Positions 1 through 12,996 are shown, counted from the whole stretch's first letter. The stretch is 63,906 nt of DNA, filler included, from Octopus bimaculoides (GCF_001194135.2; 5 parts of 5 records of this genome joined end to end with filler, not necessarily neighbours in it), one strand, 5' to 3'. Notes: generated from the sequence alone by a model not told the origin. Translations and numbers: made by a program.

Positions 1-1134
1 GAGAACCCGTAAAACCCAAGAGAGACTTTGCTGTTGATACTTCTTGTGTAGCATCAATTTCAGTGGGGAGGTGTTATATGGACTGTTAGATACGTAATTC
101 GTCTGACGTTCCGTGTGTCATGTGGTTCGTCTGAGTTCATTGTTTCATTGTTGTTGTCTTGTGGGACTGTCGTAGTAAAATGTCATTGAGATATATATGG
201 CGGACATGACTTTTGTTTATTCACAACGAACATTGGGTGAGTGCGTTCTTTGTATGTAATTGAATAATAAATGTAATAATTAAATTGTACAACTCGTTGT
301 GTTATCTCTACGAGTCATCCGAGGGAAACATAACGCTTTCAGTATAAATTGAAATGAAAATAGTTACCCCGAATAATGCTATATCAATAAGAATCATTTT
401 CAAAAACGCTGCTTGTCGCCTCCATATTGCATATAAATACACCTAGTGCTTCAGAGAGAAAATTGTAATCTCACAATATATGTAGGGGTAGCTCTTTAAT
501 CCTTTTCCTGTCTAAAAAAGTTTCATAAGTTTTACCTAAACGCCCATGCTTGTTTTAAGACTTTTAATTTAACCTTTGTTTTATATAAAGTAATATAAAG
601 CTTTACTTTCATTAATCCCAAGTTACACCGGCGGTTGAAAAGATTAGGAACGTGTTCCATATTACGCATGGACGCCAAGGAAACATGTCCAAGGTATCAG
701 ATGTGATACTTAGGACAGGTAAAGGGGTAAAGATTTTCAGTGTCTCTTCATAACTAAAGATAATAGTTATGGCGTTAATTTTATTGTTAATTTAATTCCG
801 TACTGTTTATTTATCCTACACTCGCTCAATTTGATCATCATGTCTGCTATTGAGAAACATACTCAAGAATAAAATGTATTAAACCTGTCTAAATATAAAT
901 ATCGTATCAGCAAATATTACGGTAATGCGACCGCCTAAATCCTCAGAATCGAAGAATAATTATGAAAACTATCCAGCAATGACTCTTAACTCAACGGAAC
1001 CACGTAATGAGGCAGAATCTCACCAGGTGTATCTTTGCTAAAGTAATAGCTATATGAAGAAATGAGTTATCTAGAAACAGAAAATAGCCGAATACTAAGT
1101 GGCCATTAAAGCTTTGTTTCACGCCAAGCTGAAC

Positions 1135-2374
1135 CATTCCAGAAGTTATGAAACTTTTTAGGAGAGGCAGTTACAATTGACCAGGAATTGTAATTTTAGT
1201 ATATCATTACTATACATCTAATAAGCTGACCCGCAAAGATTTTATTCGAGATTGAAGGAGACGGCTGTAAAAGCAGCTGGAACACATTCTACTAAACACC
1301 GCTTACAACAACTGACAGGTTTGCAGTATGCAGTCGGAAAGTGGAGACTAATTGGAAGTTCGTTATGCAATAAAGTTCTGTATTAATCTGGGCAAAAGTG
1401 CTATAGAAAATTATGAAATGCCCGAGACTGCTTATGGATTAACTTGTATGAGCCGAGCATGTTTTTCGCTTCACAAGAAGTTCAAAGGCGGTAGAACGGA
1501 TGTGAGAGATGATGAGCGGTGTGGGAGAGATCGAAATGTCAGGACATTAGAGCTGGTTGAAAAGATTCGCATACAGTTTGGAGTTGATGTGGCAACTGTT
1601 CACAGAATTATTCAGGAAGATCTGAACAAAAGCAAAATTTGTGCAAACTTTTTTCCCAGGGTTCTCAGTGACGAACAAAAGGAAGGAGGCGTTGGTGGCA
1701 GCAGGGAGATGGTTGGGCTCATTACCTCCAAACCAAGAGCACATGAGTCTCTGATGACCTGTGACGAAAGCTGGATCTATTGTTATGATCCGGACAAGAG
1801 ACAGAGTACCCTGATTCATCCAGAGCTAAGAAGGCCAAGCAAAGCAAGTTTACCTGGGAGTTCGTCATTATCTCCCTTTTCGATAGCAAGTTCATCACTT
1901 AATCCACTGGATCCTCTCTGGTTTGACGGTGGTCAACAAACAATACTCTGTAGAGGTTTGGGAGCAGTTCAGAAAGAGATTTCACCACAAAAGGCCAGGG
2001 AACCTGCACCAGAACAATGCACTAGTCCACAGTTCTATCCTGGTAAACGACTACTTGACAGAGATGGGCATCAAAACTGTTCCAAACCCTCCCTACAGGT
2101 CAAACCTTGCTTCCTTTAACTTTTGGTTACTCTGAAAGTTGAAGGTGAACCTCAGGGGCAATCGTTTCGAAGACATTAAGAAAATGGAGCCTGTGGCAAA
2201 GGTGCTGGACGCCTTCATTTTGGAGGAATTCCATTAGATCTTAATGAAGTTGGCTACAACATGCACATTAAACTCAAAGGAACTTACATTGAAGGAGATT
2301 AGTTTTGTACTTCTTTAGAATTCATAAACGTCATTCCTGAAAAAAAGTATCAGCAATTTTGGAATGAAACCTCG
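1135..2374 (+). mobile_element. Degenerate mariner (Tc1/mariner superfamily) DNA transposon
   Basis: ORF 1352-2119 has EVRYAIKFC..LGKS, DDERCGR, a WVP-like FFPRVLS and TCDESWIYCYDP. A frameshifted continuation (1923-2135) reads HQNNALVH..PNPPYRSNLASFNFWL, and the ORF ends EGD* near 2302. Imperfect TIR remnants at 1135-1160 and 2341-2366 match at 20 of 26 positions. Confidence 0.9.
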
Positions 2375-2680
2375 ACATATAGAATTAATGTATAAAATTA
2401 GAGTAAAAAAATTATCCTAAGATTCGCTCAAAAATGATGTGTTAAATTTTCAAACCTCCAAGAAAACATTTTAAAAACAAACGGTTGGAAAACAAACGGT
2501 TAGGAAAACATTAACAAATGGAATTTTGAGGCACAACGGTATAACCAATGCTAGAAGACAAAATAAATAAAAAATATGGAGAAGTAGAGGACAAACTATA
2601 AAGGCAACACGCTAGATGAAATAACTGTAACAAGAAACATAAATTCAAACTTAATACTTTCAAATAATTCTTCTTGCTGT

Positions 2681-2880
2681 AGGCACAAGGCCTGAAATTT
2701 TGTGGAAGGCGATAAGTCGATTGCAGCGACACAGTTGATCAATTGTTACTTATTTTATCGACACCGAAAAGATGAAAGGCAAAGTCGATCACGGTGTAAT
2801 ATCAGCTCAGAACGTAAAGACCACCGAAAGCGACTATGCATTTTGACTGGCATGCTAACGATTACTCCAGCTCGCCGCCT
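2681..2880 (-). mobile_element. tRNA-derived SINE family A (Deu/Nin-like central domain), copy 1
   Basis: Minus strand reads GGCGGCGAGCTGG..GTTAGC (A box), a CTGAG..-type B-box region and a CCTTTCATCTTTTCGGTGTCGATAAA-type core. It matches eight other copies in the window. Confidence 0.85.
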
Positions 2881-3169
2881 TTACTATTATTACTATCAAC
2901 TAATAATCGTAATAATTCATTAACCTCTCCACAAAAGTTTATGAATTGAGTGAAACGAGAAATATGACAGACAAAATAAAATTAGAATTTAGAGAAATCA
3001 GTTTTATTCAAATTGGAAACAGACAAAAATTAGGAAAATATCTGGCTATATAAAAAACTGTAAACTTTTTATATAGTAAATATATAAATTAACGAGCTCT
3101 AGAAATGATTCCAAAGCAAATAAATGGAGTGAATGTAATAGCCTTAAATCAAATATTCTTTTCTGCTCG

Positions 3170-3363
3170 AGGCAAAAAGAGCCCGAAATTTTTAGGGAGG
3201 GAGCCAGTCGATTAGATCGACCCCAGTACGCAACTGGTACTTAATTTATCGACTCCGAAAGGATGAAAGACGAAGTCGACCGCGGCGGAATTTGAACTCA
3301 GAACGTAAAAACACGAAATATCGCTAAGCATTTCACCAGGCGTGCTAACGCTTATGCCAGCTT
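3170..3363 (-). mobile_element. SINE family A copy 2
   Basis: Same head (CTGGCATAAGCGTTAGC), B box GAGTTCAAATTCC and core TTTCATCCTTTCGGAGTCGATAAATTAAGTACC. Confidence 0.9.
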
Positions 3364-3782
3364 CCTTAAATCTAGCATTACACACTTAAATGTATTTTTC
3401 AGCCAGAGCAACAGGTGTCACAAGTCAAAGGAAAGTCTGATGGAACCTCTTTATAAATAAATTTCAAAAGCAATCAAAGGCAAGACGAAAAACAGGAACA
3501 CAAAAACAAGAAAATTTATATAGAAACCTGAAAATTCAAGTCAATAAGGATCTTAACCCCATAAAAGAAATGTTAATTTAACAGGTGCAAACTAAAGCGG
3601 AGACAACACACGGATTTGTAAAACGATTCCAAATATAATAGAAGTAAACAAGAATACGAAATCACCTTAAGTAGGTAAAAGGTCCGACTTTGGGTAAAAT
3701 ATACACGTGACTTGCACAAAACATGACGAAACGCTTTAATTATAAAATAAGTCAAAATGTGAAATGATGTGAAGAGGCTGCT

Positions 3783-3940
3783 GGTCAATTAGATCGACCC
3801 CCAGTCCTCAACTGGGATTTATTTCATCCACCCCAAAAGGATGAGAGACAAAGTCGACCTCGGTAGCAGTTGAATTCAGGGCGTAAACGGACAAAATGTT
3901 GCTAAGTATTTTGTCCGGCGTGCTAACAATTCTGCCACTT
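3783..3940 (-). mobile_element. SINE family A copy 3
   Basis: Diverged match to family A, followed by a CCT-rich flank and (TAC)n(TAA)n. Confidence 0.8.
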
Positions 3941-3983
3941 AATGGTCTCCCTCCTATTCTTCCTCCCTCTCCTTCTCCTCCAC

Positions 3984-4654
<671 letters not shown>

Positions 4655-4670
4655 AATAATAATAATAACA

Positions 4671-6481
4671 ATTGGTATTGCATCAAATGTTGAGCGATTG
4701 CTTGGAAAAAGTATGGCGAATTGGAGGACGGACCTGACAGCATACGGAACAAGCTTAGGGACAGTAGAAATTAGGAGAGGCATTTTCCAAGGGGACTGCC
4801 TGTCCCCACTGATCTTTGTACTATGCTTGATGCCACTAACACTGATTCTGAGGAAAGCAAAAGCTGGGTATGTATTCAAAAGCCGACAACAAAAAGTCAA
4901 CCATTTGTTAGTCATGGATGACCTCAAACTTTATGGTAAAGATGAAGCCCAAGTCAGTTCCCTCGTTGATTCAGTGTATACCTTCAGTGCTGATATCGGA
5001 ATGGAGTTCGGACTGAGAAAGTGTGGTGTGTTAGTCTTGAAGAGAGGCAAAATTAAATGTAGGGATGGGCTAACGATACCGTCGGGGGAGGTTATGAAGC
5101 AGCTGGAAGAGATGGGCTATAAGTACTTGGGTATTTTAGAAATGGATAAATTGATGGAGAAAGAAATGACAGAAAAATTTAAGGTGGAGTACTTGCGCAG
5201 ACTGAGACTGATCGTAATTGAATGAACGGAATAATATCAAAGTTATCAACACCTGGGCAGTTGCACTCCTTAGATATCGAGCAGAGGTAATCGCATGGAC
5301 AGTAGACGAACTAAACAGCTTAGGCAGAAAGACAAGGAAGTTTCTAACTAGATATGGGTCAACCCACCCAAAAAGTAACACAGACAGACTGTATGTACCA
5401 AGAAAAAGAGGGGAAAGAGGACTTATTGGATGCGAACACAACATTAGAGCAGAAGAAAACAACATAGCATGGTATGTAAAAAATGCCACAGAACCGCTAT
5501 TATAAGTAAGAAGGTCAGGCTCGTGTAGGATGAAAGACTGCAAAGATAAAGCACTGTACAAGCAATTGAAAACGAATGAAACTGAAAATAGGTGGGTAAA
5601 GAAAAGAATGTATGGTCAATTTCATAGGGTTGTTGAAGACAGACAGAGAAAAAAGATGGCTGTGGATGGCTAAAAGTGATTTAAAACCGGAAACGGAGGC
5701 TCTAATCTGTGCTGCCCAAGAGCAAACACTAAGAACAAACTAAATAAAATACAGAATAGACAACACATCAGGAAGTGATAAGTGCAGAATCTATTGAGAA
5801 AACGGTGGAATCATATGGCATATTACCAGCCAATGTACGCCACTAGCCCACAAGGAATATAAATCACACCACGACAATATAGCCAGGTTTATCCATTAGA
5901 CACTTGCAAACAATTGGTACGACCACAAACCTGAAGGCATCGTCGAAAATGGAAATGCAAAGATCCTATGGGATTTTATGATTCACTGCGACCATGCGAT
6001 AGAGAATAGGAAACCGGACATAGTCTTAATTGAGAAAGAAAACAAACTATGCTGGATCATAGATATAGCATACCCAGATGACAAAAAGGTATGCGATAAG
6101 GAAGAAAGNNNNNNNNNNATCATAGATATAGCATACCCAGATGACAAAAAGGTATGCGATAAGGAAGAAAGAAAAGTCGAGAGATATGACAGGTTAGCTT
6201 GGGAAGTTAAGCAGTTGTGGTCTATGAAATGGGTGGTAGTAGTACCAATAATTGTCGGAGCCCTGGGAAAAGTGATCAAAAATCTCGAGAAGTACTCGGA
6301 ACAAAAAGGGGCTGCAATAAGGGTGGAACACTTGCAGAAAACAACACTGCTTGGAACCGCATGAATACTCCGGAAGGTGCTCGAAAGATAAGAGGTGTTA
6401 CCTTAGTTCACTTGTAGTGAACAGCTAACACTGAAATACATCTTCAGCGTTAGAACCTGTGCAAAGGCAATAATAATAATA
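4671..6481 (+). mobile_element. 5'-truncated R4/Dong-like non-LTR retrotransposon (RT, Zn knuckle remnant, restriction-like endonuclease) with (TAA)n tail
   Basis: RRGIFQGDCLSPLIF, HLLVMDDLKLYG, YKYLG, DRLYVPRKRGERGL, RKPDIVLIEK..IIDIAYP (PD-(D/E) RLE) and VVVPIIVGALG..LQKTTLLGTA. It contains frameshifts and stops, and ends in AATAATAATAAT at 6469-6481. Confidence 0.92.
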
Positions 6482-6680
6482 GTTTCAAATTTTGCCACAA
6501 GGGCAGCCATTTTCGGGAGGGGATGAATCGATTACATCGACCCCAGTGTTTCACTGGTACTTAATTTATCGACCCCCAAAGAATAAAAAGCAAAGTCGAC
6601 CTCGCGGAATTTGAACTCCAAACGTACAGACAGACGAAATGCCGCTAAGCATTTTATCACGAGTGTTAACGATTCTGCTA
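6482..6680 (-). mobile_element. SINE family A copy 4
   Basis: Family A head, B box and core; followed by a CCT-rich flank and (TAC)n. Confidence 0.88.
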
Positions 6681-6704
6681 ATGGCCTTCCTTCTCCTCTT
6701 CGTC

Positions 6705-6754
<50 letters not shown>

Positions 6755-6806
6755 GCTGCTGCTGCTGTTGCTGCTACTACTACTACTAGATCGGNNNNNN
6801 NNNNTG

Positions 6807-6878
<72 letters not shown>

Positions 6879-6971
6879 TTTTTTAAATGATTGACGTAAC
6901 TCTTCACGAAGGTAAATATTCAAGACGAAGAGCCCGATTCGATTGTATAAATTGTATAAATGTTTTATTCG

Positions 6972-7014
6972 TTGAACAATATTTCGACAGTACGTCTGTC
7001 TTTCTCAAGTTCAA
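6972..7014 (-). ncRNA. Minimal type I hammerhead-like ribozyme (U3-A8 core variant), Penelope-associated type
   Basis: Minus strand: UUGAAC [stem I] UUGAGAA A GACAG-acgua-CUGUC [stem II] GAAA U AUU GUUCAA [stem I']. The AAUAUU palindrome replaces helix III. Confidence 0.7.
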
Positions 7015-7974
7015 AGCAAAAGGTGATTAAAAATTTTTAATCACCTTTTGCTTTGTCGAAATATTGTTCAACGAATAAAACATTTATACAATTTATACAN
7101 NNNNNNNNNNNNNNNNNNNNNNNNNNNNNNNNNNNNNNNNNNNNNNNNNNNNNNNNNNNNNNNNNNNNNNNNNNNNNNNNNNNNNNNNNNNNNNNNNNNN
7201 NNNNNNNNNNNNNNNNNNNNNNNNNNNNNNNNNNNNNNNNNNNNNNNNNNNNNNNNNNNNNNNNNNNNNNNNNNNNNNNNNNNNNNNNNNNNNNNNNNNN
7301 NNNNNNNNNNNNNNNNNNNNNNNNNNNNNNNNNNNNNNNNNNNNNNNNNNNNNNNNNNNNNNNNNNNNNNNNNNNNNNNNNNNNNNNNNNNNNNNNNNNN
7401 NNNNNNNNNNNNNNNNNNNNNNNNNNNNNNNNNNNNNNNNNNNNNNNNNNNNNNNNNNNNNNNNNNNNNNNNNNNNNNNNNNNNNNNNNNNNNNNNNNNN
7501 NNNNNNNNNNNNNNNNNNNNNNNNNNNNNNNNNNNNNNNNNNNNNNNNNNNNNNNNNNNNNNNNNNNNNNNNNNNNNNNNNNNNNNNNNNNNNNNNNNNN
7601 NNNNNNNNNNNNNNNNNNNNNNNNNNNNNNNNNNNNNNNNNNNNNNNNNNNNNNNNNNNNNNNNNNNNNNNNNNNNNNNNNNNNNNNNNNNNNNNNNNNN
7701 NNNNNNNNNNNNNNNNNNNNNNNNNNNNNNNNNNNNNNNNNNNNNNNNNNNNNNNNNNNNNNNNNNNNNNNNNNNNNNNNNNNNNNNNNNNNNNNNNNNN
7801 NNNNNNNNNNNNNNNNNNNNNNNNNNNNNNNNNNNNNNNNNNNNNNNNNNNNNNNNNNNNNNNNNNNNNNNNNNNNNNNNNNNNNNNNNNNNNNNNNNNN
7901 NNGTAAACGTCAGTATACATATATATATATATATATATATGATTGACCGTTGACTGAACACTATTCAATTTTTT

Positions 7975-8125
7975 TTCTCCGTGTTTTTCTCCTTGTCTCG
8001 GTATTCTTTCTGTTGAAGAGCGTAGCTCGAAACGTCAAAGACTTTCCGTATTCCCGAGCGTCATACTAATATATACTTTTGTTATTTACACCACCTGTCC
8101 TCGTCTGTTGTTATTATTTGTATAT
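7975..8125 (+). mobile_element. Penelope-like element terminal-repeat fragment containing a minimal hammerhead motif (8005-8041)
   Basis: UCUUU CUGUUGA A GAGC-gua-GCUC GAAAC GUC AAAGA. The downstream sequence is homologous to the minus-strand copy at 32770-32925. Confidence 0.7.
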
Positions 8126-8159
8126 TCTCCCATATATATATATATATATATATACATAC

Positions 8160-8232
8160 GTTCATTCTTTTATTCTTTTACTTGTTTCAGTCATTTGACA
8201 GTGGCCATGCTGGAGCACCGCCTTTAGTCGAG
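8160..8232 (-). mobile_element. SINE family B 3' tail fragment
   Basis: Reverse complement of CGACTAAAGGCGGTGCTCCAGCATGGCC..ATGACTGAAACAAGTAAAAGA, the tail seen in the full copy at 37863-38326. Confidence 0.8.
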
Positions 8233-8254
8233 TCCCTTCCTTATTGGTAGCACT

Positions 8255-8770
8255 ATTATTATTTTTCCTTTAGGTACTTCTTTGGTTTGACATGTATTTC
8301 TTATGTTGTTGTTTGTCTTTCCCACTGCTTGATCTATTCCAGTTCCCTTGTGATCTCTTCTACCTCCAATTCTGTCATTCACTTTCTTCTAATAACATTA
8401 GCTTGATCAACTAATCTCTGCTCAGTCACTTTAAACATACTCTTCTCTACCCAAAGTGTCAACATCCATTTTCTATAGTCCCTTCTTTTACGTTCACTTT
8501 CTAAGTAGCACTGTATCACTCTCCTGTTTGCTTCGGTGGCCCACTTTCTCCTCTTTGCTATATTATCTACTGATACTGTATTAGGATGACAACTGTGGTC
8601 AGCCTGCACCTTTACTGATCCACTGCCGTGCGAGAGGCCTTCCCTTAAAGGTCCAGTTTCATTTTCGCTGTCATAACCAGAGTTTATCGAAAATTCCTGT
8701 CTCTCATAAACTGAAGTAAGGTAGCGTTCGTCACCGTCGTCATCACCACTATTGTTTCTCGACATTTGAA
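8255..8770 (-). mobile_element. N-terminal (5') fragment of an R4/Dong-like ORF
   Basis: KRRKWATEANRRVIQCYLESERKRRDYRKWMLTLWVEKSMFKVTEQRLVDQANVIRRK resembles the N-terminal domain of Dong/R4-type ORFs (recognised from memory). Confidence 0.7.
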
Positions 8771-9149
8771 AGTTTCAAGCAACTTTCTATCGCATCATTT
8801 GTTGCATCTTTGTGCTAGTGGAGTGGTGTGTGTTACACATTTTGGCGAGGCGGGGGAATATTGTATTGTATCAGTACGTTTTGTTATGAAGTTTTGTTTG
8901 AGTCATTGGTTGTATTAGTTTTTATCTTGTGTTATTTGTGTAGCGCGGGTTGTGTTCTTCTGTCGGGTATTGACCTTCTATGGCATATGCAGCTTTTGTT
9001 CATATTGTTGGGCATTTACACTGATAATTTTGGAAGGGTGTTCACAGTAGCGCGCGCGCGTGCGTGTGTGTGTATTTATAGTATTTATGATTACCCGTCC
9101 GCCGTTCTTTTGCTTGGTTTTGTTATGGGTTTCTCTAATTATTATTATT

Positions 9150-10350
9150 ATTATTATTATATGTTTGAATTTTGCTTTATATTTGTACAAGTTGGCTCCA
9201 AGTCTCACCCAGAGACCTCAAGAGACAAGTTAGAAGTTTATGTTGATGTTACGCCTAGGGTGTCATATATTTGGTTTTGCAGATAGTATTGTTCTAGAGA
9301 ATGTTTAAGAAAACTATCCTTTCCCTCATCACTGAATGCTTGATTCCGTCCGCTTCAAATACTCCTAGGTATTTGTAGCTCTCCACTGGTTCTAATTCCT
9401 TTATGCCATTCTGCTGGTCAAGATTAGCATTGGATGTTTCTGTCATTTGTCCTTTGATAAAGGTAGCTTTTGCACATTTATCGAGGCCAAATTGCATCCT
9501 GATGTCACCACTGAATTGTTTAACAATTGCTAGTAAGCCCTGCAGTTGTTGGTCATTTTTCGCAAAGAGCTTTAAATCAGCAAGGTAAATAAGATGATTT
9601 ATATTTTCTAACATATTATAACCATACTGCACATTACTGAGCAATTTCAAGAGAGTTATCAAGGCTAGATAAAAGAGGAATGGTGATAGTCACCCTGGAA
9701 AATGCTACATGAAATTCTTATATCTCCATTAAGAGATTCATTGTCACTGTTCAAAGTCAGAAAAGAAGTTTCGCAGAGTAAGTGCTATTTTATATATTTC
9801 CTGCCATTTCTTAATCCAGCTTTGTGGTAGATTATCAAAAGCTATTTTATAGTCTATCCAGGCTATCGATAAGCATTTGTGTCCTTTGTGAAAATCTTCC
9901 AAGATCATCTTATTGATGAGATTTATGAGTAGCTGATCTTTACAACAGGACCCACGTTTCCATGATTTTTGTTCATTAGGAAATATGCCACTTTTTATTA
10001 AAAAAAATTATAGCTATATTCAGTCAAGACAGATGTTAACATTTTATACATTGTTGTTAAGCAGGTTATGGGTCTATAATTTTTTTGGTTCATTTATTTC
10101 TTCATTTTTTGGAAGTCGGAATGTTACACCATTAACTAGCCAAGAGGTAATCATACTAGGTTGTTGCAAAACATTGTTGTAAAGTTTTGTTAGCAGTTCA
10201 TGGTTCTCTGGGAACGCATTCAACCAGAAGTTAGGAATTTCATCCTTTCATGAAGACTTCCATTTGCTTGACTTCCTGAGAGCAGATCTTACAACCTCTA
10301 CCTTGATACTCTCCCTCTTTTCTTCTTCTAAGGAGTCTGTTTGTAGATAT
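9150..10350 (-). mobile_element. Internally deleted R4/Dong-like retrotransposon (RT region joined to the 3' UTR and TAA tail)
   Basis: KNYRPITCLTTMYKMLTS, IAWIDYKIAFD, NHLIYLADLKLFAK, FGLDKCAK and YKYLG. The sequence then jumps near 9300 to RTILS and a 3' UTR ending in (TAA)n at about 9140-9160. Confidence 0.88.
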
Positions 10351-10393
10351 TTTATCAATTCAAGGGGCATTTTCATTGTGTGTTTTTGTGGTG

Positions 10394-10466
<73 letters not shown>

Positions 10467-10467
10467 A

Positions 10468-10830
10468 AGATAAAGAGAATAGAAAGTGCCAGATAATTGA
10501 CTTTACAGACTCAAATGATGAAAAAATGAATATGAGAAGTATCGAAAAAATAGCAAAGTACCAGGACCTAACTATTGAATTAAAGAGACTATGGAAAGTG
10601 CGAGTAAAATGTATGCCAGTAGTTATCGGTGCATTGGGAAGTATTCCTAAAGGTCTGAATAGATGGATAGAGGAAATAGGCATAAAAGCCAGTTTAGTAC
10701 AGCTGCGGAAAACAGTGCTATTAGAGACAGCTAGGATACTTAGGAGGGTTCTTGGCATTTATAGTTACTTGCTGCAACCCAATAGGAGGGTTCTTGGCAT
10801 CTAAGGCAACTTGTAACCCACTGTAAGGAT
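10468..10830 (+). mobile_element. 3' fragment of an R4/Dong-like retrotransposon (RLE domain)
   Basis: KCQIIDFTDSND..EKIAKYQDL..LKRLWKV..PVVIGALG..LRKTVLLETARILRRVL. An 18-nt segment TAGGAGGGTTCTTGGCAT is duplicated at about 10741 and 10782. It is preceded by (TAG)n. Confidence 0.88.
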
Positions 10831-10869
10831 TCTTTTCTTTTCCAGCTGCCTAATCTTTTGACTATTGGA

Positions 10870-11060
10870 AGCACAAGGCCTCAAATTTTGGGGAAGGCAT
10901 TAAGTTGATTACATCGACCTCAGTGTGTAACTGGTACTTATTTAATCGATCCCGAAAGAAGGAAAAGCAAAGTCGACCTCGACGGAATTTGAACTCAGAA
11001 CGTACAGACAGACGAAATGCTGTTAAGCATTTTGTTCGGAATGCTAACGATTCTGCCAGC
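10870..11060 (-). mobile_element. SINE family A copy 5
   Basis: Family A head, B box and core; same CTAATGGCCTTCCTCCTC flank as copies 3 and 4. Confidence 0.88.
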
Positions 11061-11084
11061 TAATGGCCTTCCTCCTCATTCTCC

Positions 11085-11265
11085 AACATTATGAAGAGCA
11101 TCCAGCAAATAGCTAACTCCATCCACCAGAGTATAGAAATAACGATAGACTACCCTAGTAAGCACCCTAACTATAGATTACCCGATTTAAACACTGAACT
11201 CTGGCTAGAAACGAAGAACAGTAAGGTTCAGATCTTTCAGTCTCATTATGCCAAACCCATGGCAT
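11085..11265 (+). mobile_element. Penelope-like reverse transcriptase fragment
   Basis: IANSIHQSIEITIDYPSKHPNYRLPDLNTELWLE..SHYAKPMA resembles the distal RT region of Penelope-like elements (ANSI..DyPS.h...lP.LD...W...Y.KP, from memory). Confidence 0.6.
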
Positions 11266-12534
11266 ATATATGTATACACAATCATATTGACACTCACACA
11301 CGCTCACAAATATACATATCTATGTATATTTGTATATTTGTGAGCGTGTGTGAGTGTCAATATGATTGTGTATACTTGTTTATATATGTATAAGTAAGGT
11401 TATATATGTACATATATACAAAGTAACTGTCATGTATACAACTTGAACTGACGCACATATCAGTACATAAACATACATTCACATGTACATACATATGCAC
11501 ACACACACACACACACACACAAACACGTCTACACACTTACCCTATTACGCACGTACATCCATAAGTGCATACGTGCATACTCACATACATACATATATAC
11601 ATATATACATACATGTGTATAGGCATGCACACATGCATACGCATGTACACAGATGCATACGCGCACACATGTACACGCACATACATACATACATACATAC
11701 ATACATACATACATACATACATACATACATACATACACATGTACATATATATCATGAACTAACTATTACTTTCTCAGATGCAGCACAGAATTTTGTCAGT
11801 GAACAGGTCGCGGTCTCAAAGCGACGAAAATATTTTGACAAATTAAATTTAAATGTTGAAGTGAATCTAACGGATTTTGTGTGTTATTTTAAATGGCTTG
11901 TAAACACCTTCCACGTNNNNNNNNNNNNNNNNNNNNNNNNNNNNNNNNNNNNNNNNNNNNNNNNNNNNNNNNNNNNNNNNNNNNNNNNNNNNNNNNNNNN
12001 NNNNNNNNNNNNNNNNNNNNNNCACGCACATACATACATACATATATACATACATACATACATACATACATACATACATACATACATACACATGTACATA
12101 TATATCATGAACTAACTATTACTTTCTCAGATGCAGCACAGAATTTTGTCAGTGAACAGGTCGCGGTCTCAAAGCGACGAAAATATTTTGACAAATTAAA
12201 TTTAAATGTTGAAGTGAATCTAACGGATTTTGTGTGTTATTTTAAATGGCTTGTAAACACCTTCCACGTTAACGCAATTAATAATTATCACTTAAATGTT
12301 ATGTGAATGTTAACACATTACTATGTTGTTTCTCTTTTGAAATAAGTAGCTTCGAGTTCGATTTCACTGCGTTGAAAATTGGGTAGGTTTCAAGTATCGA
12401 AACCTCAGTTTAACAAATGAATTGTATGTGTAATTTGTTACACAGTAATACAGAAGTCCATCATTTGGTACGTAACATGCACCAAAGTCTCGACCCTTAG
12501 GTTAATTTCTAAATTCCGCCGACTAGAAATTATG

Positions 12535-12742
12535 GTTTCAAATTTTAGCACAAGGCCAGGAATAAGTAAAATAAGTACTAGTGATGTAACTGACTTACTT
12601 GTCAATTACATCGACTGGTACTTATTTTATTGACCTCAAAAGGATAAAAGACAAAGTCGCCCTCGGCGGAATTTGAACTCAGAAATGAATGGTTGACGAA
12701 ATGCCGCTGGGCATTTTGTCTGGCGTGCTAACGATTCTGCCA
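12535..12742 (-). mobile_element. SINE family A copy 6
   Basis: Family A head, GAGTTCAAATTCCGCC B box and core. Confidence 0.88.
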
Positions 12743-12963
12743 CTCTGTCTATAAAATATATACACCCATGTATTGAGTCCTCTTTGCTCTATCAAACATT
12801 TATGTATCTGAATGTGTGTATATCTATCTATCTCTTAACCTATCTATCTATCTGTCTGTCTATCTATCTATTAATCTAACTATCTGTCTATCTGTCTGTC
12901 TGCCTAACTAACATCTATCTATCTCTTAACCTATCTATCTATCAACTATCTCTCTCTCTTTCT

Positions 12964-12996
<33 letters not shown>

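Noticed and set aside
6056-6171. 53-nt direct repeat in the RLE domain on either side of a 10-N gap
   Set aside because: Identical sequence on both sides of a gap indicates an unmerged contig overlap.
7048-7968. Long ORFs spanning N runs (here and at 13, 15, 16-17, 23-24, 47, 59-60 and 61-62 kb)
   Set aside because: They are open only because N codons contain no stops.
11733-12269. ~184-nt exact direct duplication (11733-11916 and 12086-12269) and its ORF HELTITFSDAAQNF..
   Set aside because: It flanks a gap with 100% identity, so it is most likely an assembly overlap. The peptide has no recognisable domain.
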